64,000 nt of DNA from Flaccisagitta enflata. Taxonomy: Eukaryota. The stretch spans positions 13,826,001-13,890,000 of the forward strand of contig OZ231126.1 in assembly GCA_965153355.1 (NCBI GenBank), in the 5' to 3' direction. A program made the position numbers and the translations under genes. The number at the start of each line of letters is the position of its first letter. The first letter of the stretch is position 1. The notes under the pieces were generated by a model. It searched no databases, had not been told where the DNA came from, and was given only the letters and a program-made list of their open reading frames with translations. Shown here in pieces: positions 37,397 through 49,980 of this stretch.

Positions 37397-37617
37397 GGGT
37401 CATTGTAGCAGCCTGAGGTGATTAATAAGTATTTGGGGTGATTTTGTATTTTTCAGGTTAAATTTTTCTCTAATATATCCAAATCTCGCTATGTGATGGT
37501 GATTTTGGGGGTTGGGTCATTGTAGGGGTGCCCGAGGTGGTGATTAAGGGGGTATTTTGGGTGATTTTGTATTTTTCAGGTTAAATTTTCCTCTGGTATA
37601 TCCAAATCTTGCCATGT
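37397..37617. repeat. Two ~118-bp direct repeats between the two 32-bp arrays
   Basis: GGGTCATTGTAG...GGGTGATTTTGTATTTTTCAGGTTAAATTTT...TATCCAAATCT occurs twice. Confidence 0.8.
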
Positions 37618-37879
37618 GGGCCGAGGCCAAATCAGGGTCAGGCCGGGAGAGGCCAAGGCCAAATCAGGGTCAGGCCGAGAGATGCCGAGGCCAAATCAGG
37701 GTCAGGCCAAGAGAGGCCAAGGCCAAATCAGGGTCAGGCTGAGAGAGGCCAAGGCCAAATCAGGGTCAGGCCGAGAGAGGCCGAGGCCAAATCAGGGTCA
37801 GGCCGAGAGAGGCCGAGGCCAAATCAGGGTCAGGCCAAGGGCTAATCAGGGACAGGCCGAGAGAGACTGAGGCCAAATC
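37618..37879. repeat. Variant 32-bp array (~8 copies)
   Basis: Unit GGCCGAGAGAGGCCGAGGCCAAATCAGGGTCA. Confidence 0.9.
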
Positions 37880-40188
37880 TGTGATACCCGTTGCCCTGCT
37901 TTGCATGGTTGTAAATTGGAATGAGAGGCAGGGCAGCGGCTCCGAAGGGGACCCTGTGGGACACAGGGGACTTATGTTTGTTCGTCTGTCCGTTAGTCTG
38001 TCCGTCCATCCATGCAGTGAAGAAAGACAAGAGCTTGGTGAAAAGTCACCAATCCTTATGACTTTTTGGGAAGCGGCCCCAAAGGGGACAAAGTCCTGTT
38101 GAACACAGGGGACTTTTGTTCGTTTGTTCATTCGTTTATCCTTTCGTCCCCCCCCCCAAGCCCTCTCAGGCCTGAAATCTGCCCTCTCAGGCCTAAAATC
38201 TGGCTTCTCAGGCCTGAAATATGCCATCTCAGGCCTTGAATCTGCCCTCTCAGACCTGAAATTTGCCCTTTCAGGCCTGAAACCTGTCCTCTCAGGCCTT
38301 AAATCTGCCCTCTAAGGCCTGAAACCTGCCCTCACAGATTCAAGGCCTGAAAGGGCAGATTTCAGGCCTGAGAGGGCAGATTTTAGGCCTGAGAGGACAG
38401 ATTTCAGGCCTGAGAGGGCAGAGGGGGGCAATGGATGGATGGACAAACGAACAAAGGAACAAACGAACGAAAGTCCCCTGTGTTCTATAGGACTTTGTCT
38501 CCTTCGGGGTCGCTGCCCTGCCTCTCATTCCAATTTACAACCATGCAAAGCAAGGCAACGGGTATCGCTGACCACATATTGCCCTTGGGCGACCTGTTTC
38601 TTCATGGCGATAGTCACCATTACTGGTACTGTCTAGGAAATAACTATGGAATCAACTTCTACCACAATGCAATTATCTTGGCTTTTAGCTCTTAGCTTTT
38701 TCAAAAAAGCAAATTATTCTACATCAAAGAATCTTCAAGATGAGTTCAATCTGATCTTTGTAGCTCAAACCGTTTAGAAATGACAAGCAAAAGAGTGAAA
38801 ACTTTCATTTCCAAAATGGGTAGAAACAAGCCCGACCGGGCAAAGATGCGTCCGGACTGTGTCTCTGCGTGTATTGATCATGTGACATATATGGAGAGAC
38901 AGACAGGGAGAAAAGGCGCTCAAAACATGAAGGTTGATCATTTGTTTCAGTGTAGGATCTCACCGTGGCCAATAACAGCTGAGAAACGCGGTTTTTGCAC
39001 AGGCGTAACGGACCGACCGACGGACGGACGGACCGACGGACCGACGGACCGACAGACGGACCGACGGACGGACAGAGCCTCTTATAGAGATGCGTTCCTG
39101 ACGGACGCATCTAAAAACTGACAATGATAGAACAAAGAAAATAAGGCTATCTTCTACTTGAGATATCTCCACTTCTAGAAAAGCAATTAACTTTTTTCAA
39201 AAAAGCAAATTAATCTACATCAAAAAATCTTCAAGATGAGTGCAATCTAGTTTCTGTGACTTTAACCGTTTAGAAATGACATGCAAAAGTAAGGAAACTC
39301 TCCATTACATGAGAAGCCGGCATTAACTGCTCACAGATGGCAGAACAAGACCCTGCTAAACTGTATGAAAATCTTTACAAACTGCCCCTCTGCTGCAAAA
39401 CTGAAGGTATCAGTTAATAAAAATGTCACATGAAGTGCTCTTGCTATTGGCATCATGGTTTTAACGGAATTCAGTTGATAAATTAAATCACACCCTTTCT
39501 GATTCCATAATTATTTCCTAGATAGTATAAAGAGAGCACAGGGGAGTTTTCTCTGTCCGTCTGCCCATCCTCTGTCCAGGCCTCCCAGGCCCTTACAGGC
39601 CTGAAATCTGTCCTCTCAGGCCAGAAACCTGTCCTCTCATGGCTTGAGTTTGAGAGGGGATATTCAAAACTTCAGGCCTGAGAGGGTAGATTTCAGGCCT
39701 GAGAGTGCAAATTCAAGGCCTGGGAGGGCAAGTTCCAGGCCTAAGAGGACAGATTTCAGGCCTATGCGGGCCGGGTGGGGGGGGGATGGACAAACAAACA
39801 AACAAAAGTTTCCTGTGTTCTACAGGACTTCGTCCCCTTTAGGGCCGCTGCCCAAAAAGAAACTTCACTTAGCTAAGCTCACTCACAAATATGCCCACTG
39901 CCCATTCTGTTTCTAAGATTCACCGTGTAGCCAATACTTAGCTAAAATGCATGCTTTCTCGGCCAACAAGGGTGATCTCACTTTGCCCACAAAATTGCTA
40001 GCTTTGTTTAAGAAAACGAATGAACTTGCTTTTTAGGTGCGACAAAGCACCTCTATGGCTGTGTCCGTTGGTTGGTTGGTCGGTCGGTTGGTAACGCATT
40101 CGATCGACGATCTACGCGTCGCACCTATTGGCCTACTTGGCCTTGTTTATTTAATCTCCCGGCCCAGAGCATGTGGCGTGGGCCATAG

Positions 40189-40255
<67 letters not shown>

Positions 40256-41990
40256 TTTTGGGCAGCGGCCCCGAAGGGGACGAAGTCCTGTAGAACACAG
40301 GGGACTTTCGTTCGTTCATTCGTTCGTTTGTTCTTTCGTTTGTTCGTTCGTCTTTCCGTTTGTCCCCCCAGGCCCTCTCAGGCCTAAATTCTGCCCTCTC
40401 AGGCCTAAAATCTGCCTTCTCAGGCCTAAAATCTGCCTTCTCAGGCCTGAAATCTGCCCTCTCAGGCCTTGAATCTGCCCTCTCAGGCCTGAAATTTGCC
40501 CTTTCAGGCCTGCAACCTCCTCTCAGGCCTTGAATCTGCCCTCCAGGCACAAAATATGCCCTCTCAGATTCAAGATGCAGAGAGGACAGGTTCAGGCCTG
40601 AAACAGAGTCAGGAGTGAGGGGGTGGACGGGTGGGTGGCTCAGCAGAAGTGCCCTGTGTTCTGCAGGGCTCACGTCCCACCGGGCGCCTGCACCCCTCAT
40701 TCTGATTTCTGACCATACAAAGCAAGGAGCATGAGTGTCCTTATTGCAGTATTGCCTTGGGTGACCTGATTTTGGGCAGCGGCCCCGAAGGGGACAGAGT
40801 CCTGTAGAACACAGGGGGACTTTAGTTCGTGGTCATTTGGTGCATTGTCTGGGCCCCTCCCAGGCCTGAAATCTGCCCTCTCCCACATTTACTCTCTCAG
40901 GCCTGAAATTTGCCCTCTCAGACCTGAAATTTGCCCTCTCAGGCCTGAAATTTGCCCTCTCAGTCCTGAAATTTGCCCTCTCAGAACTGAAATTTGCCCT
41001 CTCAGGCCTGAAATTTGCCCTCTCAGACCTGAAATTTGCTCTTTCAGGCCTTGAATCTGCCTTCTCAGGCCTGAAATCTGCCTGGAGGGCAAATTTCAGG
41101 CCTGAGAGGGCAAATTTCAGGCCTGAAGTAAATTTCAGGCCTGAGAGGGCAGGCACCAGCGCTGAGGCCTGTAAAGGGACGGACGGACGGATGGATGGAT
41201 GGACGGATGGACGGACGGACGAACGAAAGTCCCCCTGTGTTCTACAGGACTTCGTCCCCTTCGGGGCCGCTGCCCTGCTTCCCCTCACTCCAATTCACAA
41301 TCATACAGAGCACGGCAATGGGTATCGCTGACCACATATTTGCCTTTGGGCGACCTGTTCTTTTAAGAGCAGGCCCGAAGAAACGTTGTCCTGTAGAACA
41401 GAGGGGACTTTCGTTCGTTCGTTCGCTTGTTTCTCCGTATCCCCCCCCCCTAGCCTCCAGGCTCAAATCCTAGCCTCCAGGCTCAAATCCCATTCTCAAG
41501 GCAGAATTCCAGCCTTGAGGCTCAAATTCAGCCTTGGGGCTCAAATTCCAGCCTTGAGGCTGAAATATCAGCCCTAGGGCTAAAATCCCAGCCTCGAGGC
41601 TCAAATCCCAGCCTCAAGGCTCAAATCCCAGCCCTGAGGCTAGAATCCCAGCCTTGAGGCTCAAATTCCAGTCTTGAGGCTTAAATTCCAGCCTTGAGGC
41701 TTAAATCATAGCCTCAAGGCTCAATTCCAGCCTCAAGTCTCAAATTTCAGCGTCGAGGCTGGAGTCCTACCCTCAAGGCTTTTATCCCTCCCCAAAGGCT
41801 AAAATCTCAGCCTTGAGGCTCAAATCCCAGCTTCAACAAACAAACAAACAAATGAAAGTCCCCCTGTGTTCTACAGGACATCGTCCCCTTTGGGGCCGCT
41901 GCCCTGCTCACCATTACTTACAGTCACAAACATACCAAGCAGGGCAACGGGTATCGCTGACCACATATTGCCCTTGGGCGACCTGTTTTT
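37880..41990. mobile_element. Cluster of ~6 copies of a hairpin-type element (family B) with internal 21-bp arrays
   Basis: TTTGGGCAGCGGCCCCGAAGGGGACGAAGTCCTGTAGAACACAGGGG...its inverted copy, then a 3' tail GGTATCGCTGACCACATATTGCCCTTGGGCGACCTGTT. Copies at ~38063-38598, 39535-39860, 40255-40770, 40770-41362, 41363-41988 and a partial minus-strand copy at 37880; also ~50200-50740 and ~56260-56822. Confidence 0.8.
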
Positions 41991-44267
41991 TTTGTTTTTT
42001 TTTTTGCTCTTCCGCGGGACGCCAGCGGCACGCGGGCGGTGTTGAAGCAGTGATGAGGAGATGAGAGAACAAACTATTTTTCTGTACCTCGATGGTCTAT
42101 TTGTCTGTCTGCCTATTTGTCTTCCGTCTGCCTGATTGTCTATCTGTCCCACTGCACTGCCCCTCAGTGTTTTTGTCTGACTGATTGTCTGACCTACCCT
42201 ACGCCTGTCAGTCTTCTGTCTTATGTTTGTCTGTCTGTCTGTGAGTTTGTTTGCGTGTCTATGTATCAAGCTGTCCATCAATCCGCCCGCTGTCTGCCTG
42301 CCTGTCGGCCCGTCTCTTTGTGTTTTTGATTTTGCGTTGCCCGTTGGTCTATTTTTCATGCTGTTAGAACCTATTGAGTCCATCTCTCTGACTGCCTGTT
42401 TTCATAGCATCAAAATGCAACAAGAGCCACATTCCTCCACCTGTATGATCTTCCCATGCCATGGTAACTTATAAGAACCCACTACCTTAAGTTAACATTT
42501 GCCTCACTGAGTATAATCCACCAACTCTTAATTCTTTAATTAATAGTGATTGTATCCCAATCATATCAAACATGTGAATCACACAAATTTATGGATGAAT
42601 AAAGAACAGGAAACGCGACGGAAAAAAAATAAAGTTACACCCCAATTTTACCTAACAATTTAGTGAGATGAACAAGGCCAACACCTGTAAGTCGCGTGCA
42701 GGATATAAACAACTTAAGATGACTTAAATTGACTTGGCTTCGATAGAAAATCCCTGAGAATTATTAAGTATAAAATGCCAATTTGTTGGGGCTCAGTATG
42801 GCTCATACCTTCAGTAGGAGATCAGTTCAATGAAATTCCACTTCATCTAGAGATCCTTATGGCGTAATTGATTCCAAAAGTAGATTAAAAGCTCAAACCT
42901 CTCTGTCTCAAAGAATCATTGCGAATTTAGAGCCTAACGTGTGATTAACTCATCAAAACTTTGCCACAATTCATATGATTTGTCATCAAAACTTTGCCAC
43001 ATTTCTTATGATTTGTCAGAAAGCATGGATTCAAAATTCAGAAAGAATCGCCCACTCACATCTCAATTAAGATACCTCTCTTTGCAAGACACTAATAAAA
43101 ATCTGGGATCTCAAATTTTTGATGCATTGACGAATTTCGTGGTCCTCCCGAGGCAGATGCATCCATGTTCCATTACAGAGATATCTCTGCAGCAAATTTT
43201 CCATTGCCTTTATCTAATTACATAATCGTCCATGTCTTTGGATTTCATTTGGCCAAGATGTGCTTTTCAACTTGATCTTGATCATGAACCATCTTGATCC
43301 GTAACCAAATGCGATAATTTTACAACCACTCATCCAGAAAAACGACCTTAACTTCAAATCGATGTGGAGGGCAGAGTCTTTTTCTCAGGCGCAGGCTCAT
43401 GAGATTTTGCAGGACAAAATCGGAGCATATTTGCTGCTTGGAACTTCTTTCAGAATTGTTTATCTGGTCTTGAAGCTAAATAGCAAAGTTTCCTTTCATC
43501 TAAGTTGGCGTGAAACAGACTGTAAAACACAATTTAACACTAATAAACCTTAAACACACTGTTTTATCGCTTAAAGATTTAAACACACTGTTTTATTGCT
43601 TTAAGATTTTGCGATGCGACGCGACGCGGGGAAGAAAATCATATGCAGGGGGGTGGGGGAAATAATCAAAGGTTATAGAACTATGTTGGTGAGGAAGTTG
43701 GGTTGGTGAGGTAGGATGGTAAGGCGCTTTGGTGAGGAAAGTATGTCATGAGCATCAGATAACGAATTGGTAAGGTAGCCCGGTTGGGTGGGGTTTGGTT
43801 GAGTTAGGTTTGGTTGAATTAGGTTTGTGAGGAAAGTGTCTCACATGATCACATGCGTCTTGTAGAGAAGGTGACAATTTTTGTTTGGGGTAGAGGGGAG
43901 TTGAGGAATGTGTGTTATGCGCGTCAATCAAAGAGGTGGTTAGGAAGTTGAGTTGGATTGAATTGCTGAGGTGATTCGGAGGGGAAAATGTTTCACATCT
44001 CTGGTCTGGAGGCTATCTAGTATGTATATATAAAAAAAAAACAATCATACAATTTTCTAACTCTTTATGAGTGGGCTTTATTGACATGATTGGAAGAGAA
44101 GTGGACAAGGGAAAACAGTAAACAATGTGCAGACACAATGTTTTAATTCTAAAATACTGAAATACACTTGGCAATATACAAATCGCTATAACCAGACATG
44201 GTGGCTTCTTAACGAGCTTTAATAGAAAGTCAATAATCAGAAAATTGCTAAAAGATCAGAAAGGATT

Positions 44268-44365
<98 letters not shown>

Positions 44366-44763
44366 TCTTGTCTATCTCTATCAAGATAGCAAGAATATTT
44401 TCAGAAGGAAAAAAAACTTTAATTGAAGACAAGGTAGGGGGTGTTTGCGTGGGCAGAGGCAGTAACATCAAACTCAACATGGCCAAGTAGGCCAATAAGG
44501 TGCGCCGTGTGGATCGTCGAACGAATGCGTTACAGACCGACAGACCAAACGCCAGTTATAGAGGTGCGTTGGCGCACCTAAAAAAACAATTTGAGCAAGG
44601 GCAATAATGCAGCAAATCCAGCTCATTTTAAAATTTCGACAAATAAGGTCATGTGAAAGTAAAATGCATAAGACTTACTTAGTGTGAGACAAACCAACCA
44701 ACCGACCCACCTCATAACGAGATGGGGAAACACCTTCTCAAAATGCAAAACAAACATTTTATA

Positions 44764-46031
44764 CACTTTTTTCTTTTTATAAGAGACTTTTTTATAAGAG
44801 ACATGAGCCTGAGATTTGCCAAAATTTTAAGAACAAAATAAGAGAATGCCCAGGCTGAGATTCAAATTTGGAAATTTTTAAAGAAATTATTTCGAGAATC
44901 TTATTAAAGTGAAGGGCAATTTTTCAGATTTTTCTGAAAAATTGGTAGTTTTTAGTCGCTTGCTACGCGACTCTACACTCCGCTTTGTCTGCCGGTCGGT
45001 TGGTCGGTCGGTTGGTCGGTTGGTCCCCATTTTACTTTTTTTATTTGTTATACTTTTTTGACCTCACCGCTCCTGCCCAAATAGTCTAGTGACCTCAAAT
45101 ACGGCCCCTGCCCACCCGCACACGACTTCGGTAGCCGTGTATCCGGCCTTGTTCTAAAAAAAGACTGCTTCTTTAATCAGAAACGTAGCATTGGTTAGGT
45201 TTCATGGAGCTCGCAAGAAAAATACTGTGTCGGAAATGACTACCTTGACTCCTTGCACGCTAAAGCCATGACAAAGGCATGAAAATGTTCTAATACAAGG
45301 AATTTTTGTTATTTATACTTATTATCATCACAAGATATATCTTTTTTTGAAGAAAATTGTTCAATAAATTCCATAGTTGTTGAAGCTTTAAACAAAAGGT
45401 TGTTGTGACCTAACCAGGCTGCGTCGAGTTAAGGCGAGCTACTCATGATATGTCCAGAACATGACGAGTTCAAATCTGTTTTCATTTTATCTCTACGATC
45501 ACGCGCCTTGACGCGATGAGCTAAAGAAATGGCATGTTATTTATATAGAAAATAAATGAAAATATCAGACAACTTGTATTTTTAGGGGCAAAAGTGATGG
45601 TGGTCGGCCAAGAACGTGACAGAGAGGTCAAGAGATATCCTCATCAACAGTAGTTTATTGTAACGCACCTATTACCTAATTCCTATTATGTGATATATCA
45701 TAAGAAAGCTATAATTATTCTCTTGCCGATTATGGTACAATATGTAAGTTTTTAATAAAATTGTCAAATAGAGATACATTACTACTTTAATAGTTTTGTT
45801 TGTCAAATTAGGTACAATAATCAATGTTCTTTAAGAATGAACAGTTTTTTTTTTTAGCTAAGGATACAGAAAATATCATTACATAATGTATTTACACACT
45901 TTTTTGCTTTTTTTTACAGGTCGAAAAAATTAAGAACAGTTTAAGATTCATTGAGCCTCAAAACGGCAAAGAATTTAAGAGAACCCAGGCTGAGTTCAAA
46001 ATATGTTGTCTCTTATAAAATAAAGAAAGTG
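44764..46031. mobile_element. TA-flanked TIR element containing a nested HINE-like copy (44949-45153)
   Basis: TA|CACTTTTTTCTTTTTATAAGAGAC ... GTCTCTTATAAAATAAAGAAAGTG|TA; shared subterminal CCCAGGCTGAG and TTAAGA motifs. Confidence 0.75.
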
Positions 46032-46689
46032 TATTTCAAAATTTTTTAAATGATTAAAGTAGAAAAACTGGGCAACTGGCAACGGGCCATAGGGACAAGA
46101 ACTAAGGAGCGAAAAAAATCTAATCCACCTGTAAAAAAAATTGAAGAGTTCGAGAATCCTCTAATACACTATAAAAGGGAACAAACTTCAACAGCGTCCA
46201 ATGAATGTTTGAATTGATTCTCGCAATTTTTTTTTACAATTTTGTACTTTAAACATGACCAGAGCATGTCATGGACAAACTAACTCGTCTTTGATTCTTT
46301 GATTCCTCTGCGATCACAACAGGATTATCTGTCAAAACTTTCTAGGGGATTATTAGTCGCGGACACACGACTCTACACCTTGCCGTGTTGGTTGGCATGT
46401 CAGTATGTCGGTCCGTTGGTACATTACAAATATTTCGGAATTTCGAGCGTTTTTTTGCATTACTACAAATAGTTTAGAATTTCTAGCGGTTCTTTGCATT
46501 ACGGCCTCTGCCCAACCGTCCACAACTGTCTTGCAGTCTTCAAGTTTGACAGAGCTTCAAGCCCGATAGGTTTTATCACTTGTTCATTCTATTCAAATCT
46601 TAAATTACACTCTCATACAAGAAATAACAGCCTTATAAGTTACGCCCACGAGTTTCAACTGGCACTGTCTATGAGCCCAAACCATGATA

Positions 46690-48444
46690 CTTACGCGGGC
46701 GTTTTTCGCCAGGCCCCGGGGCGGACGTCATTCCCACGCCCCGGGTAGCGCCCCCGACTTGGCCGGCCTGTCCATCGATGGGATGAGGATGTGATGGTGG
46801 AATACGATCCTCAGCGAATGGCGGCGCTCTCCACGCCATGTTGCAAATTGGTAGTTAAATTGAACAGCAACTGGGCGTGGCACCAATCAGTGTTTAACTG
46901 GCGGTCTGATTTTTCCAAGGCCGGTTCGATTTTCTTATTTGGTGGTTTGGAGCCCATGGCAGGGATCTGCTGACCCACTTTTTCTGCAGGAGAAGACGCT
47001 GGAGGGTGGAGATGCATCGCAATCTCGGCGCCAGCTCGAATTTAGGACGACAGTGGATTTAGTTTAAAGTCGACGGCCATAGCCGCTTTTTGCGTGCTCC
47101 ACGGCTTCTCTTTCTTCTTAGCCTTCATCGCACAGGCCTGCTTCTCCAAGCTGCTTCTCCAGTTCCACGGCTCGCTTATTGCCTTTGACCACCTCATTGT
47201 CCGCAGCCATTGCTGCTGGACGAGCATCGCTTCTTCCTTTTTGGATGTTGCGACGTAATCCTCCGTCTAAGACTTGACGAGCCGTCAACTCGCTGACGCG
47301 GATTGCTGACGCGAAGAAGTCTTTCGGAAGCCTTGATGCTAAATTCTTCACCACACCCAATGGAGCGTTTGAGGTCAATGAAGAGGCTTCTTAGCAATGA
47401 CTCGCGATGTGGTGTCCATGCGCAGGATCAAAGGCTGGATCCGACGGGGAGGCGGGTTTGCACTTGCTGCAGACCTTGGGCAGACTCGGTTTGCTGACGA
47501 GGCGCCATCAGTTTTAACATGCTGAAGCACCGCCAATCTGTCAGCTTCATCGCTGCTTTTGATGGCTATGAAAAGAAAGGAAGACGCCTCTGCCTGCTGA
47601 CCAGAGATTCTGAGGTTTAACAGCTGACGCCTAAGCACCGCCAGTAGAACCTCCCTTGGTTGCTGCTTTATGCTTCTTCCCAGCTCTCTTGGTCTTCTTC
47701 CCCTTTGCTGTGCCCCAGGCGCCTGATTCCAGCTTTCTGGGTTGTTGCCAACGTTGCCACGACGGTCCACTTGAAGTTTCCCTCGCCTTTGGGCTGTACT
47801 GCTGCAGGGGCGCGCCTGGAGGCGCTTGAAGGGGCCTGCTTTGGAATTCGGCCCTTTTTGTTGACTCGGCACATTGCGCTGCTTGTGAGTCTTTCCCGAC
47901 GCATCTCTGGACTGTTGTGAGGGGAGTGATGTCAATGAGACCCTGTTAGTTGTTTGATTTGGGGATGAACCAATCCAGGGCGCGATTGACGACTTCCTGA
48001 TGCTGTAGAGTGAATTGCTGCTGATGTAGCTGCGGCTGCGTCGAGCACAAATACCGCTGGTGGAGTTGCGGAAGCGCCGACGGAAGTTTCTGCAGATGAA
48101 TTTGAAGTTGCATCAGGAGGCTTCGGAGCCGCATTCGCCCTCTTCGTCGCCTGGACCATGCGACTAACCTCCTTATCATGCTCCCTCCTTTTGTTGCTTT
48201 GGATTTTATGCTCCAGAGTCTCCGAGTTTAGCTCTGTTTGATTAGCCGATGAGTTTATTATAGTTTGTTTGTTGCAGCACACTGAAAGCTTTTCAAACTC
48301 TTTGAAGAGGAGAGATACTCCGACGTCCGGACTGGTGACACGATACCACCAACGTGCCTGCATCCGTTGATGCTTCTCTTCCGGCGTCGCAGTGTCCACT
48401 TCCGGGTCACTGCCTTTCTCCACCACCTCCCCATTCACCATCAA
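46690..48444 (-). pseudogene. Decayed ~1.75-kb reading frame, probably a retroelement ORF1/gag remnant
   Basis: GC-rich island with consecutive minus-strand ORF pieces (170, 186, 86 and 68 aa) broken by stops and frameshifts, ending in an R/G-rich tail; no catalytic motif recognised. Confidence 0.45.
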
Positions 48445-49931
48445 TTATTCATTCACAAAAATGATTGATACGATAAGTGACTGAACTATAACTATAAGCA
48501 GCCGCTGCTCACACTTAAAAAGGTCAAGGAACCTTAGTCGCGTGGTATCTAAGGTAATGAAGGTAATTAGGGTACTGATAATAACCTAAAATACCTATAT
48601 TGATATCTATCTAAGAATATCTATCTTTATATACTCCTTTTCTTATTTTGTGGATGCGTTGAACCCTCAAACAACTTTATCAGTCTATGGACAAAACGAG
48701 GAGAGTAGATTTTGCTGATCACCGGTATGATGCTTAGGCGTAGTTTATTTTGAAATGTAGGCTTGTAATTACCTCATAGAAAATGACTGAGGACTGAAAG
48801 AAACTAACGGAAGAACGATTACTACAGGGAGGCTATGTGAAATCTTAAAAAGTATTTTTAATCAAAAGCAAATGTTGGCATTAATTAACACTCTGAGACT
48901 TGGACCTCTATCTTGAAAGAATTATTTGCCCAGCCCCCCGCAGCTTAATGCCCAGCATTTTCTTTTTCAATAAAAAGAAATTTCTTTCATGATTTGCAGC
49001 GCCTGTATGTCGGTCTTGCACAATTTTTAGTTCTCAATAGTCTCGGTAATTGCAGAAGCTATTATGAAATGGCATTTAACTGCGTGATCGTCACTATCTG
49101 AGTTTTGATCATGGTATTATTACTAGATCAACCCAGGCTATACTTGAGTTGTTTTAGAGAGCTGAAAATCCTCATTTTGTGGTGTGTTGACAAAAGCAAA
49201 GTTTTAAATGATGAAGTGAGGGTGTCATTCCCCCCTTTTGAATTGCAATGTCCTTGCCACACAGAAGAGAAGAATGGCCATTGGCCCATTCTCTCATTCT
49301 CAGTCTGATTAAAATCTTTCTTGGAAATCATTTCTCTCTAAAATTAGCTTCGCTCATTTAGACAGATAAATCATTAGATAGATTTTGCTCTGCTCACCCC
49401 AGAATGACGAGCCGTCCTCGCTCATTCTGGACTACAGAGGCAGCTAAACATGGTAGAGAGAAGGTAAATGAGGAAGCAACTCGCTGGTAAACCTCTACTG
49501 AATAAATTTTTTGGTGCGGACACGCACCTCTATAAGAGGCTTTGTCCATACGTCTGTCGGTTCATCCGTTTGCCCATCCATTGGTCTGTGTTGATCAAGT
49601 TGATCGAGTTGAACGAGTTGCATTTTCAATGCTGCAGTTGTGATTGTCTGTGAGTGGTGTGGGCGAGGGTGTGAATGGGAGGTACACAACCCTGCCCACC
49701 TATCTTCAACGATATTGTGACCCCCCGTTTTCACAGTGCCAGTTTCAAGGGATTGAAAGTGGAGCAAAGAGCTAAATTGATGATTTTACCATGAGTGAAT
49801 AACATAATATATTAATCAATAGATGATACAAAGAATGTAGGAATGAATCAGTCAATGAATTAATCAAGGCCGAAATTCGACCTATAGTTTCGTTCCTGCG
49901 ACTGAGCTTTTTATTGTGCATGGGCAAGAGA

Positions 49932-49980
<49 letters not shown>

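Noticed and set aside
42880-43400. Coding-looking stretch, possibly an old transposase
   Set aside because: Stops in the frames examined and no recognisable motif; cannot be supported without a search.
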